Part shown: positions 18,978 to 28,195 of the stretch, in pieces
How the letters are laid out: each line of letters opens with the position of its first letter
Numbering within the stretch: the first letter of the stretch is position 1
Source of the DNA: a candidate division WOR-3 bacterium
GTDB taxonomy: Bacteria > Hydrothermota > Tepidihabitantia > SM23-42 > JAOAFX01
Assembly (NCBI GenBank): GCA_037444665.1
Contig: JBBILZ010000032.1
Coordinates: 1 to 29,951 of the forward strand
DNA length: 29,951 nt
Reading direction: 5' to 3'
The notes under the pieces: generated by a model
Seen by the model: the letters and a program-made list of their open reading frames with translations, nothing else
What the model was told of the DNA's origin: nothing
Databases searched by the model: none
Program-made: the position numbers and the translations under genes

Positions 18978-20003
18978 ATGGGTGAAAGGAGGCTTATACT
19001 AAACTATCATAAACAAAAGGTGGTGAGTCTGATAGCAGGAATATCCATTCTCAGTATTGGTTTCTTGTATGCTGATGCACCAATCTATGGATATTTCTGG
19101 CTCAGATATACCTATGAGAATCCGACTACACCCGAGGTTGAGGAGAATGAGCATGAATTTGCATTAGAAAGGGGTTATATCCGCTGGAAAACAAAGACTG
19201 AACCAGTATCTTTTTCCGGAACCATAGATGTCACTAACAAAGCGAAGGCAACAAATGCCTCGGACTGGAATTTCCGGCTAAAATATGCCCAGGCAGACTG
19301 GAAATTACCATTCAATAGTGAATTACTGCCTGATGCCAAATTGATGCTCGGTCTGCAAAAGGTCTATTTTGGTATGATGGATATCTGGGAATATCCAGTA
19401 ATTGAAAAGACTCTGGAAGAGGTAGAAAAGAAGACTAATAGTGCTGATTTAGGAATAGGATTTTATTCCCTTCTGCCCAAAGGGTTTGGTGAGTATTCAA
19501 TCCAGGTATTCAATGGCAATGGCTATACTCATGTCACAGAAAATAACACAAATAAAGCACTCTGCGGAAATCTATCTATAATACCCCTGCCCGGTATAAT
19601 GTTAAAGGGTTCGGTGTGGTATGCGAAAGCCCCACAGGTTATAGATTCTATTGAAGTCCAGGCAGACCAGAACCGATATGTGGGGCTTGGACAGTTTAAG
19701 TATGGACCATTTAGCCTGATCGCTGAAGTCTTGCTATCTAATGACCACCAGACCAATGGAATGGGCTATTCGGGATTTGCTGAATATAATATCACAAAAA
19801 AACTCAGCCTACTCGGCAGATATGATTCATGGGATAAAGATACTGATACAAAAAATAATGCCCACACAAGAATAATATTAGGAACCAATTATGCAATTGC
19901 TGATAATCTGTTGACAGAGTTAAACTATCAACTCACGAAATATGAGGACCCGGAAAAAGAAGCCAACGATATGATAATGGTCCAGTTTAAGTATTCATAT
20001 TAA
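18978..20003 (+). CDS. Outer-membrane beta-barrel, probable phosphate-selective porin (start uncertain, possibly 18996)
   Basis: Signal peptide ending LYA, amphipathic strands, VFNGNG, GRYD, terminal FKYSY; first gene of the pst operon. Confidence 0.72.
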   Translation: MGERRLILNYHKQKVVSLIAGISILSIGFLYADAPIYGYFWLRYTYENPTTPEVEENEHEFALERGYIRWKTKTEPVSFSGTIDVTNKAKATNASDWNFRLKYAQADWKLPFNSELLPDAKLMLGLQKVYFGMMDIWEYPVIEKTLEEVEKKTNSADLGIGFYSLLPKGFGEYSIQVFNGNGYTHVTENNTNKALCGNLSIIPLPGIMLKGSVWYAKAPQVIDSIEVQADQNRYVGLGQFKYGPFSLIAEVLLSNDHQTNGMGYSGFAEYNITKKLSLLGRYDSWDKDTDTKNNAHTRIILGTNYAIADNLLTELNYQLTKYEDPEKEANDMIMVQFKYSY

Positions 20004-20017
20004 AGAAAGGAGGAATA

Positions 20018-20809
20018 ATGAAAAAATTTATTATCTGGACATTCTGTCTTATGGTTGGGCTATTTGCCCAGCAACTGGTCATACAGGGTTCAACCACGGT
20101 ATTTTCCATTGCTCAGTCTGCAGCAGAAGCATATATGGAGAAAAACTCTGATGCCGACATAATGGTTCGGGGTGGTGGTTCAGGAACAGGTATTGCTGCA
20201 TTGATTGATGGCGTAACCGATATTGCTATTTCATCAAGGCCAATAAAAACAAAAGAGATAAAGCAGGCAAGGGAAAAGGGTGTGAATCCTGTAGGCACAG
20301 TAATTGCCTATGATGGGATGGCAGTAATTGTCCATCCTTCCAATCCAATCAATAAAATTACCATAGAGGAACTTAACAAAATATATACTGGTTCAACCAC
20401 GAATTGGAGTAAATTTGGTGGCAAAGGCACAATCGTGGTGATGTCAAGGGATGCTGAATCTGGCACATTTGAAGTCTTTAACGAAAAGATTTTAAAAGGC
20501 GCAAAATTGACTAATAAGGCGATTATGCTTGCCTCAAACCTTGAGGTTCTCCGCGCAGTTGAACAGACACCCGGTGCAATTGGTTATGTTGGTATTGGAT
20601 ATCTCAGTGATAAGGTAAAGATGCTAAAGATAAATGATGTTAGGCCTTCAGAGTCTACGGTTCATGACGGAACCTATCCAATTGCCCGTCCATTATATAT
20701 GTATACAAATGGTAATCCCTCTGGACTCTGCGAAAGTTTTATCCAATTCATTCTCTCTGCAGATGGACAGAACATCGTGCGTGAGAATGGTTTTGTGCCG
20801 GTGCGTTAA
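20018..20809 (+). CDS. pstS: Phosphate ABC transporter substrate-binding protein
   Basis: GSTTV, GGGSGTG, SSR, SGTFEVF, YPIARPL; AGGAGG SD. Confidence 0.95.
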   Translation: MKKFIIWTFCLMVGLFAQQLVIQGSTTVFSIAQSAAEAYMEKNSDADIMVRGGGSGTGIAALIDGVTDIAISSRPIKTKEIKQAREKGVNPVGTVIAYDGMAVIVHPSNPINKITIEELNKIYTGSTTNWSKFGGKGTIVVMSRDAESGTFEVFNEKILKGAKLTNKAIMLASNLEVLRAVEQTPGAIGYVGIGYLSDKVKMLKINDVRPSESTVHDGTYPIARPLYMYTNGNPSGLCESFIQFILSADGQNIVRENGFVPVR

Positions 20810-20824
20810 TTAACTTAATATTAT

Positions 20825-21712
20825 ATGAGCCGTAGAACAAGGGAATTTCTCACGAAGACCGTCCTATTAGTCTCTGCCTCAAGTGCGCTCGTCTTTCTTG
20901 CGGGAATTATTCTTGTTCTTGTAACCCAGGGGCTACCGATCTTTAAGTATGTAAGTATAAAAGAATTTCTCTTTGGCCTTCACTGGTATCCAACACATTC
21001 TGAAGCAGAATTCGGCATTCTGCCCATGGTCTATGGCTCATTGGTTGTAACTATTGGCGCCCTTATTATGGCAACGCCCTTAGGTGTAATGAGTGCCCTT
21101 TATATTGCTGAAGTCGCTCCTGTTCGTATAAAAGAGATACTAAAGCCAATAATTGAATTACTCGCTGGTGTTCCTTCTGTAGTATATGGGCTATTTGGCG
21201 CCCTATTTATTGCACCGCTTGTTCAAAGATTATTCAATCTACCTACTGGATTTACCGCACTTTCTGCATCAATTGTGCTGGGGATAATGATCTTACCGAC
21301 GATTACAAGTATTGCTGAAGATGCATTCTCTTCAATCCCTAAAGAATACAGTGAAGCAGCACTTGCGCTGGGCGCAACAAAATGGGAGACAATGACTAAA
21401 ATTATCCTGCCTGCGGCATCAAGTGGAATTGCGACTGGCGTCATTCTGGGTCTGGGCAGGGCGATCGGTGAAACTATGGCAGTGTTAATGGTGGCAGGTG
21501 GATCCGCTAATATTGCCTTTTCTATATTCAAACCAGTGAGAACAATGACTGCAACGATTGCAGCAGAGATGGCAGAGACAGTAGTAGGCAGTGAACATTA
21601 CTATGCCCTCTTTGGTATTGCGGTTGTATTATTTCTGATGACCCTTACATTTAATATAGTAGCTGAGCAGATTTCACACCGCTTTCATAGAAAATTTACC
21701 GCAATAAAATAA
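20825..21712 (+). CDS. pstC: Phosphate ABC transporter permease
   Basis: ELLAGVPSVVYG, ALGATKWET, RAIGETMAV. Confidence 0.95.
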   Translation: MSRRTREFLTKTVLLVSASSALVFLAGIILVLVTQGLPIFKYVSIKEFLFGLHWYPTHSEAEFGILPMVYGSLVVTIGALIMATPLGVMSALYIAEVAPVRIKEILKPIIELLAGVPSVVYGLFGALFIAPLVQRLFNLPTGFTALSASIVLGIMILPTITSIAEDAFSSIPKEYSEAALALGATKWETMTKIILPAASSGIATGVILGLGRAIGETMAVLMVAGGSANIAFSIFKPVRTMTATIAAEMAETVVGSEHYYALFGIAVVLFLMTLTFNIVAEQISHRFHRKFTAIK

Positions 21713-21714
21713 AG

Positions 21715-22632
21715 ATGGAAAGTATCGGTGTTGAAAAATCCTGGGCATTGAATAGTCCGATTAACCAAACACCTTCAAAAGAAAAGAAGAGGCGTATCCA
21801 GAATATTGGAATTTTTGTTTTGTTCTTGTCACTCATCATCAGTGCGGTATTTCTTTTTTCTATTGTAATCTTTATCAGCCTGCAGGGAGCAAAGATTTTG
21901 AGCCTTGAATTTCTAACCAGTATGCCCAAGAGATCCATGACTGCGGGCGGGATCTTACCAGCGATTTTGGGAACATTTTATCTTGCACTTGGTGCAGTCA
22001 TAATCGCTCTGCCCCTGGGTGTTCTATCCGCAATATACCTAAAGGAATATGGTAGAGAAAACCTATTCTTCCGCATATTGAAGATTGGCATCAATAATCT
22101 TGCTGGAGTTCCTTCTATTGTATTCGGGCTCTTCGGCCTCGCAATATTTGTAAAATTCTTTGGATTTGGAGTTTCAATCCTATCCGGTTCATTGACCCTT
22201 GCTATTATGATTTTGCCAGTTATCATCAGCACATCAATTGAAGCATTAAAATCAGTTCCAGATTCATTCAGAGAGGCCGCTTATGGTGTGGGTGCCACAA
22301 AATGGCAGACCATAAAAGAAATTGTGTTACCCGCAGCATTACCTGGTATTCTTACCGGAGTTATTCTGGCGATTGGCAGGGCTGCAGGTGAGACCGCACC
22401 GATACTATTTACTGCGGCAACATTCTTCAGTAAAAAATTGCCATCCTCTATTTTATCACCGGTCCAGGCACTTCCATATCATATTTATGCACTAATGACA
22501 GAAGGAACTTTTCCAGAAAAACAGGTGCCCATTGCCTATGGCTCAGCCCTGGTTCTTTTGATGCTCGTTTTAGGAATGAATCTTATCGCAATTATTATAA
22601 GAATAAAACAAAGAAAAAAAAGATTATGGTAG
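21715..22632 (+). CDS. pstA: Phosphate ABC transporter permease
   Basis: [27 protein letters not shown]. Confidence 0.95.
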   Translation: MESIGVEKSWALNSPINQTPSKEKKRRIQNIGIFVLFLSLIISAVFLFSIVIFISLQGAKILSLEFLTSMPKRSMTAGGILPAILGTFYLALGAVIIALPLGVLSAIYLKEYGRENLFFRILKIGINNLAGVPSIVFGLFGLAIFVKFFGFGVSILSGSLTLAIMILPVIISTSIEALKSVPDSFREAAYGVGATKWQTIKEIVLPAALPGILTGVILAIGRAAGETAPILFTAATFFSKKLPSSILSPVQALPYHIYALMTEGTFPEKQVPIAYGSALVLLMLVLGMNLIAIIIRIKQRKKRLW

Positions 22633-23432
22633 AAACCATTAACTTGATAGAAAAAGAAAAAATTATCAGTGATGTTAAAAATGAAAAGATGACCGTTAAT
22701 AATCTAAATGTATTTTTTGGTAAGAACCATGCCCTCAAAGATATTAATATGAAGATAGTTGCTAATAGTATCACTGCGATCATCGGTCCTTCTGGTTGTG
22801 GTAAGAGCACTTTTATCAGGTGTTTAAATCGGATGAATGACATATTTCCATATACCCACATAGAAGGAGAAATTTATCTTGACAATCAAAATATTTATGA
22901 CCCTGAATATGATGTTTATGATTTAAGGAAAAGGGTGGGTATGGTCTTTCAAAAACCTAATCCTTTTCCCAAGAGCATCTTTGAAAATCTTGCATTCGGC
23001 TTAAAGATACATGGTATTACTAATAAAAATGAGATCGAGCACAGGGTTATCTCTGCTATAAAATCTGCCGCACTATGGGATGAGGTTGCAGACCGTCTCC
23101 ATGACTCAGCCTTTTCCCTTTCTGGTGGACAACAGCAGAGGCTCTGCATTGCCCGGACACTGGCGATTGAACCCGAAATAATATTATTTGACGAACCCTG
23201 CTCAGCCCTTGACCCAATCTCTACGGCAAAGATAGAGGATTTGATGGTAAGACTCAAAGAGAAGTATACCATCGTTATTGTCACCCATAATATGCAACAG
23301 GCAGCAAGGGTATCAGACTATACTGCATTTTTGTATCTTGGTGAACTAATTGAATTTAATGAAACATCAAAATTATTTACAAACCCCATAGACCCTAAAA
23401 CCGAGGCATATATTACAGGAAGATTTGGATGA
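22626..23432 (+). CDS. pstB: Phosphate ABC transporter ATPase
   Basis: [35 protein letters not shown]. Confidence 0.97.
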   Translation: MVETINLIEKEKIISDVKNEKMTVNNLNVFFGKNHALKDINMKIVANSITAIIGPSGCGKSTFIRCLNRMNDIFPYTHIEGEIYLDNQNIYDPEYDVYDLRKRVGMVFQKPNPFPKSIFENLAFGLKIHGITNKNEIEHRVISAIKSAALWDEVADRLHDSAFSLSGGQQQRLCIARTLAIEPEIILFDEPCSALDPISTAKIEDLMVRLKEKYTIVIVTHNMQQAARVSDYTAFLYLGELIEFNETSKLFTNPIDPKTEAYITGRFG

Positions 23433-23442
23433 TGCTTTTAGT

Positions 23443-23558
23443 AAAAGGCGGAAAAAGGGCTAAAAAAGGCTAAAAAGGGCAAAAAGGGGTGAAGAAGGGT
23501 AAAGAGGGGGAAAGGATGCCCTATAGCCATACCAGCATCCATACCCTATAACCACCGA
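23443..23558. repeat. Purine-rich 10-mer repeats followed by CATACC-like repeats
   Basis: AAAAAGGGC-like units; shares a 19-mer with 355-373; CTATAGCCATACCAGCATCCA resembles TTATAACCATACGAGCATCCA at 18880-18900. Confidence 0.65.
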
Positions 23559-23959
23559 GTCACCCTGAACTCGTTTCAGGGTCTCCCCTCTCAAATTGTC
23601 ACCCTGAGCAGAGCGAAGGGTCTCAAAATGACACTTTAATGGTTCAGCATGACAATCTGCACTGACTTAGACTTTTTTAGCAACCTCTATTTCACAATTT
23701 GACAATTGTAGAATTGCGGAATTGATTACCAATCTTTTAGACATTTAGAAATAGGATATATCGATAATGCGGATATAATCTGAATTTCTAAATCCCAATG
23801 ACCTATGTAAATCGTTAAACATCTATCGGTTGCGAAATGCGTTTCGTCTAATGGTATCGTTTGTCGTTGAACGACTGCAAAAACGAAACCGATGCGATTT
23901 TTGTCCACTAATCCGCTAATTCGCCAATGAGCGTGGCGGATAAATCCATGAACGAATTT
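23559..23959. repeat. Modular dispersed intergenic repeat, copy 2
   Basis: Near-identical blocks to 5259-5727, e.g. GGTTCAGCATGACAATCTGCACTGACTTAGA and TTTCACAATTTGACAATTGTAGAATTGCGGAATTGATTACCAAT. Confidence 0.9.
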
Positions 23960-24210
23960 TTAATTTCCTTTAGTAGTCTGGAATTCTGGTAATTACCAAA
24001 ATTTCAGATAATACAATTTTTGTTTTGCGGATACTAATCGCCTAAGCTTCATTTTTCAATTGATAAAATAGCATTTTTTATTAGCATAATTTTGTGATTA
24101 TGATAAATCTATTTCTGATAATTGTTCCCGCCTTATAACTAATGAACAAGAACAAAGATAATCAATATTCGTTTGAATAGTAACAAATAGGATTTTACAA
24201 TTCCCATACA

Positions 24211-25125
24211 TCAAAATGAAAGTTCCTCTGGATATGTATTCATATATCTCTGCTCCAAAAGATAGTTGTCATCAAAACGGAAGGTAAAGTTTTTAAGAAT
24301 CTCCACAACTGTGCGGAGTTCTATTTTTCCAGTTAGATATTCTTTTAAAAGATTCTGAAAGTGTGATTTTTCACGCTGATTCAATTTGTCTTTGAAATAA
24401 CCAAAGATATGGAGAATTGTATTATAGTGCCTTGACCGGGAAGGCTTTTTTCCAAAGGCGCGATAAAAAATATCCTCGTATTTTATTATCTTTTCCTTTA
24501 AGGACAATCTATTATCTGCTACTATTCTGCCCAGTTCACGCAGACCCTGTTGATTATAGGTCATAAGCAAATATTTATATCTTGTATGGAATCTTATCAG
24601 GGCATCTGCCTTATATTCTTTTTTTAACTGCCTGAAATCAGCGAAGGCGAAGATTCTTATTAGAAAGTGGTCACGCAATTCAGGATTCTTTAACCTGCCT
24701 TCGTGTTCAACAGGCAGGAATGGAAATCGTTCTTTTACTGCTTCGGCAAAGAATCCATCGGTTCTACCAACAATCTTGTCTTCCACATATAAATTCGCAG
24801 AGGTGATACCACAGGAAGGAGACTTGCTCTTTAAGAGAAAGCCATCAACCTCATCTATTGATTTTAAAAACCTCTCTGACCAGGTAGTAATCTGCCTGGT
24901 AAAGTATTTTTTTGTTTCCGGTTGAAAGAGTTGTTTTACTCCACCTGTCTTTTGTATAATGAGCCTTTGCCTTGGCACACCGAGCCCTATCTCTATTTCT
25001 GGACAAACCAACTCATACTCTACAAAATCTTTTAATTTTGTAACGAACTCATCAAGGACAATTCCACCATTATAACGAACCGGATAACTGAAACATTTAC
25101 TCAAAATTATTTTAGGCTTTATCAT
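24211..25125 (-). CDS. DUF523 (TudS/YbbK-like) + DUF1722 (YbgA) protein
   Basis: S.C...VRYNGG, VCPE...GLGVPR, LKSKSPSCG, EGRL, FHTRYK, N...HIFGYF, YL.EQ.Y...YP. Confidence 0.9.
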   Translation of the reverse strand: MIKPKIILSKCFSYPVRYNGGIVLDEFVTKLKDFVEYELVCPEIEIGLGVPRQRLIIQKTGGVKQLFQPETKKYFTRQITTWSERFLKSIDEVDGFLLKSKSPSCGITSANLYVEDKIVGRTDGFFAEAVKERFPFLPVEHEGRLKNPELRDHFLIRIFAFADFRQLKKEYKADALIRFHTRYKYLLMTYNQQGLRELGRIVADNRLSLKEKIIKYEDIFYRAFGKKPSRSRHYNTILHIFGYFKDKLNQREKSHFQNLLKEYLTGKIELRTVVEILKNFTFRFDDNYLLEQRYMNTYPEELSF

Positions 25126-25132
25126 TCCTGAT

Positions 25133-25160
25133 ATTATATATCTTTAAATTATACAGTCAA
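25133..25160 (-). promoter_or_regulatory. Promoter of the DUF523/DUF1722 gene, probably leaderless
   Basis: Minus strand TTGACT-16-TATAAT; ATG 7 nt downstream. Confidence 0.72.
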
Positions 25161-25538
25161 GGCGGCCAATTTATCAACTCTATTTATTTTACCCTTCTCC
25201 CTTGCCCTATAACCAACAAACCTTTAGTCGCTCGTTTATTGTTATACTGTTACGCAGCCCGTTTATAAAAAGGGGAATCACAGGTTATCAGGGAAAATAA
25301 AGGGGAATCAAGGGATAGGGGGATATGTGGATTTGAAGTTGAGTGGTTGCGTGGATGTAAAGATGGGAAGATAGGAGGGAGCTCCGTCTTGAAAAGGCGA
25401 GAGTTTTTCCGCTTTGCGTGAATTCTCGTTTAAATCTCTTAAATAGAACTCGTCCGAAGGACGGAATAGGTAGTATGCAGTAAGTAGTAGGTAGCGTGGA
25501 GTTTCAACTGGACGAAAAATTTTCAGATTTCTAATACA

Positions 25539-25559
25539 CCCGATAAATCGGGCAACTAC
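25539..25559 (-). repeat. GTAG-tagged REP-like palindrome
   Basis: Minus strand reads GTAG-TTG-CCCGAT-TT-ATCGGG. Confidence 0.7.
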
Positions 25560-25586
25560 AGTTATGTAGATGAATCTGGTGGATTT

Positions 25587-26009
25587 CTATTTAAGTTTGA
25601 CCACCTTTTGCATTAAGACCCCTTCGGGACAATCTAACCTTACAAAATAGACACCAGCAGGAAGTCTGCGACCCAAATCGTCATCACCATACCACAAAAC
25701 ATAATTAAATTGGTAATTTCCGCCACGCTGATTGGCGGATAAATGGTTAAATTGTTTCACCAATCTGCCAGCGGCATCGTAGATTTTTAAACGGACTGAT
25801 GGGAGATATGGGATGTGAGATATGTGTTTATCTATTGTTCTGTATCCCATATCTGATATCTCATATCTGATATCCAGTTTCGTGGTGAATGGATTTGGCC
25901 AGACCTTTAATTCAGGCTTTAACGAACCAATCGGCATCGTCTGTTTATCCTGTGGTCCACCTGATAAAGGCATAAATACTTCATTGATTTTTATTTGATA
26001 CAAGGGCAA
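25587..26009 (-). pseudogene. Orphan C-terminal sorting domain (T9SS type A/FlgD-Ig-like), likely gene fragment
   Basis: VWPNPF...LKIYDAAGRLVK...W.GDD..GRRLPAGVYFVRL...KVVKLK; no signal peptide, cargo domain or clear start. Confidence 0.62.
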
Positions 26010-26095
26010 ATATTTACCACGCTAAGACCAATGTGCATTCCCTTCCACAAAAGAGATCAGTAACTTTCCTTAGGAATTTGCAAATTAATCAATTG

Positions 26096-27649
26096 CTACA
26101 GAATAATTATTTTTTTGATTACTCCATCCTTTCCTCCTTCAACCCTCAAAAAATACACGCCGGGTTGAAGGGGAATAAAGACCTTCTGTTTCTGATGTAG
26201 AATCCGTTCTATCACCAGCCGACCCATGACATCATACACCTTTAACCCACAATTTTCTTGAGGCACAAATTCTATGCCCCCTTTAAAAATTGTGGTGTTC
26301 AGATTTCTCTTCACTCTCTCATTACACACCACCTCTTTTATCCTGCCCTGCGATGAGGCAAACTTCATCACCACAATGTCATAATCCCAGATACTCACCC
26401 GCTTCTCGCCAACAACATAAATATTATTTGTAACATCAGCAACAATATCACGTGCAATCAAGGCATAGGGATCTCTATAAACCCAATCTTCATTACCGCT
26501 ATTACTTAACTTCACCACCGCTAAATAACCATCCAACTTACCACTCACATAAACCCCACCCAAACCATCCAACGCCATTTCATCAGCTATACCACCCGAA
26601 CCAATGGGCCCAGCACTCAAATAACGCCAACGCTCACTGCCCAACGAATCAACCTTTATCACCGTAAATAAAAATAAAGTTTCCTGGCTGGTAGTAAAAC
26701 CAGATACATAAATATTGCCGGTATCATCAACCACAAAACCATAAACCATATCAGAACCATGCTCCAGCCCATCATAACGATATACCCATCTCTCCTGACC
26801 CAAAGAATCAAGTCTGATCACACAATAATCCCAATTATTTCCCCGAGATGAACCAACAACATAGATATCACCACCCGGGGCAAGCGCCACTCCGACACCC
26901 TCATCCCGATTACTCACTGGCCCATCATACCGATAGACCCACTGCTCCTGTCCCGCTGAATCAAGTTTAATCACCGTAAAATCAGTATTTGTGCCAATGC
27001 CGGTAGAATAACCACCAACATAAATGTTTTCATTACGGTCTATCGTAATATCCAGTGCCTCATCATAACTCCCAGCCGGACCATCATAAACATAACGCCA
27101 GACCTCGTTGCCCAAAGAATCTAATTTCAATATCACCCAGTCTAATAAAGAAATCTGCGTTTTACCCGCAACATACACATTCCCACTGGGAGATACATCA
27201 ATTGCCAATCCCTCCGTATCTAAAGTATCTAAATATAACCAACGACTTTGCCCAATACTATCCACACACACTACTATTAAATTACCAGTGCCAGATGCCG
27301 TGTATCCTGTCACATAAACATAACCTGAACGAAATACAATGTCCCGTCCTGTTTCACCAGGCCCGAGTGTATCAAGATAATAAAACCATCGCTCTTCACC
27401 CATAGTACTTAACTTGATTATCCCCAAACCACTGCCATTACTCCCAACCCTTGTATAACCCGTGGTATAGGTGTTTCCTGCACTATCCACTGCAATTGCA
27501 TAAGGAACATCAGAAAATCCCGGATTCACATGCTGATACACCCACTCCGGAGTCTGGGCAGATAAAGAAGTAGGAATTAAGAAGTAGGAAGTAAGAAGTA
27601 AAAACTTTAAATTAAAAACCGCAATTATACCTTTAACAACTTTTTTCAT
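26096..27649 (-). CDS. Secreted SBBP-repeat beta-propeller protein with C-terminal sorting-like domain
   Basis: Signal peptide, repeated D..GN.YV.G / KLDS.G...W.YRYDG units, C-terminal VYDVMGRLV...PGVYFL...KKIIIL; ATG 27649 preferred over GTG 27661 from promoter position. Confidence 0.85.
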   Translation of the reverse strand: MKKVVKGIIAVFNLKFLLLTSYFLIPTSLSAQTPEWVYQHVNPGFSDVPYAIAVDSAGNTYTTGYTRVGSNGSGLGIIKLSTMGEERWFYYLDTLGPGETGRDIVFRSGYVYVTGYTASGTGNLIVVCVDSIGQSRWLYLDTLDTEGLAIDVSPSGNVYVAGKTQISLLDWVILKLDSLGNEVWRYVYDGPAGSYDEALDITIDRNENIYVGGYSTGIGTNTDFTVIKLDSAGQEQWVYRYDGPVSNRDEGVGVALAPGGDIYVVGSSRGNNWDYCVIRLDSLGQERWVYRYDGLEHGSDMVYGFVVDDTGNIYVSGFTTSQETLFLFTVIKVDSLGSERWRYLSAGPIGSGGIADEMALDGLGGVYVSGKLDGYLAVVKLSNSGNEDWVYRDPYALIARDIVADVTNNIYVVGEKRVSIWDYDIVVMKFASSQGRIKEVVCNERVKRNLNTTIFKGGIEFVPQENCGLKVYDVMGRLVIERILHQKQKVFIPLQPGVYFLRVEGGKDGVIKKIIIL

Positions 27650-27664
27650 CTCTACTTCCACATA

Positions 27665-27692
27665 ATTATATCACTTCTATTAAATAAATCAA
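27665..27692 (-). promoter_or_regulatory. Promoter of the SBBP gene
   Basis: Minus strand TTGATT-16-TATAAT. Confidence 0.6.
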
Positions 27693-27795
27693 GGGACAGA
27701 TTCAAAAAAATTATTTCCCCGTAATATATCTGATTTTATTTCTCATTCTTTCCTCCATTTTACTCTCTGTATCTTCTACAGGGATAAGACATTTT

Positions 27796-27817
27796 GCGTG
27801 ATAAATCACGCAACTAC
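27796..27817 (-). repeat. GTAG-tagged REP-like palindrome
   Basis: Minus strand reads GTAG-TT-GCGTGAT-TT-ATCACGC. Confidence 0.7.
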
Positions 27818-27860
27818 AATCAACCGGACAAGGACGAGCCCTGTCCAACGATTTTTTTTC

Positions 27861-27896
27861 ACCCTCACCTCTATCCTCTCCCTTCAAGGGAGAGGA
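27861..27896. repeat. CCCTCACC...CCTCTCCC/GGGAGAGG hairpin element
   Basis: Perfect 10-bp stem TCCTCTCCCT/AGGGAGAGGA (27874-27896) preceded by ACCCTCACC. Confidence 0.6.
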
Positions 27897-28195
27897 ATTA
27901 TAAGGGGTGGAAATCTCTCCCTCAGCAGAGAGAACGATAAGTGAAAGTTTTGAAAAAGGGCGAGGGTATCTATTATGAAAGTTTTATAAAACATACTCAA
28001 TCCTATATAAAATCATAATTTTATCATTTAATAAGTCAAGGGGTTGGGTTAAAGGGGTTCTTTTGTTGATTTTATGGTTCACTGTTTATCAGTTTGATGA
28101 ATCAAATCTTGTTTTTTCAATTTTTTGTCGCATAAATGCGCCCGCAACAAAAAAGCAGTAGTGAAATCAAAAAAGTGAAGAGGACCCAGTTTTTC

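Noticed and set aside
25381..25465. Hairpins GCTCCGTCTTGAAAAGGCGAGAGT and CGTCCGAAGGACG as IS200/IS605 ends or terminators
   Set aside because: Single imperfect or very short copies, no tnpA/tnpB nearby and no clear U tract
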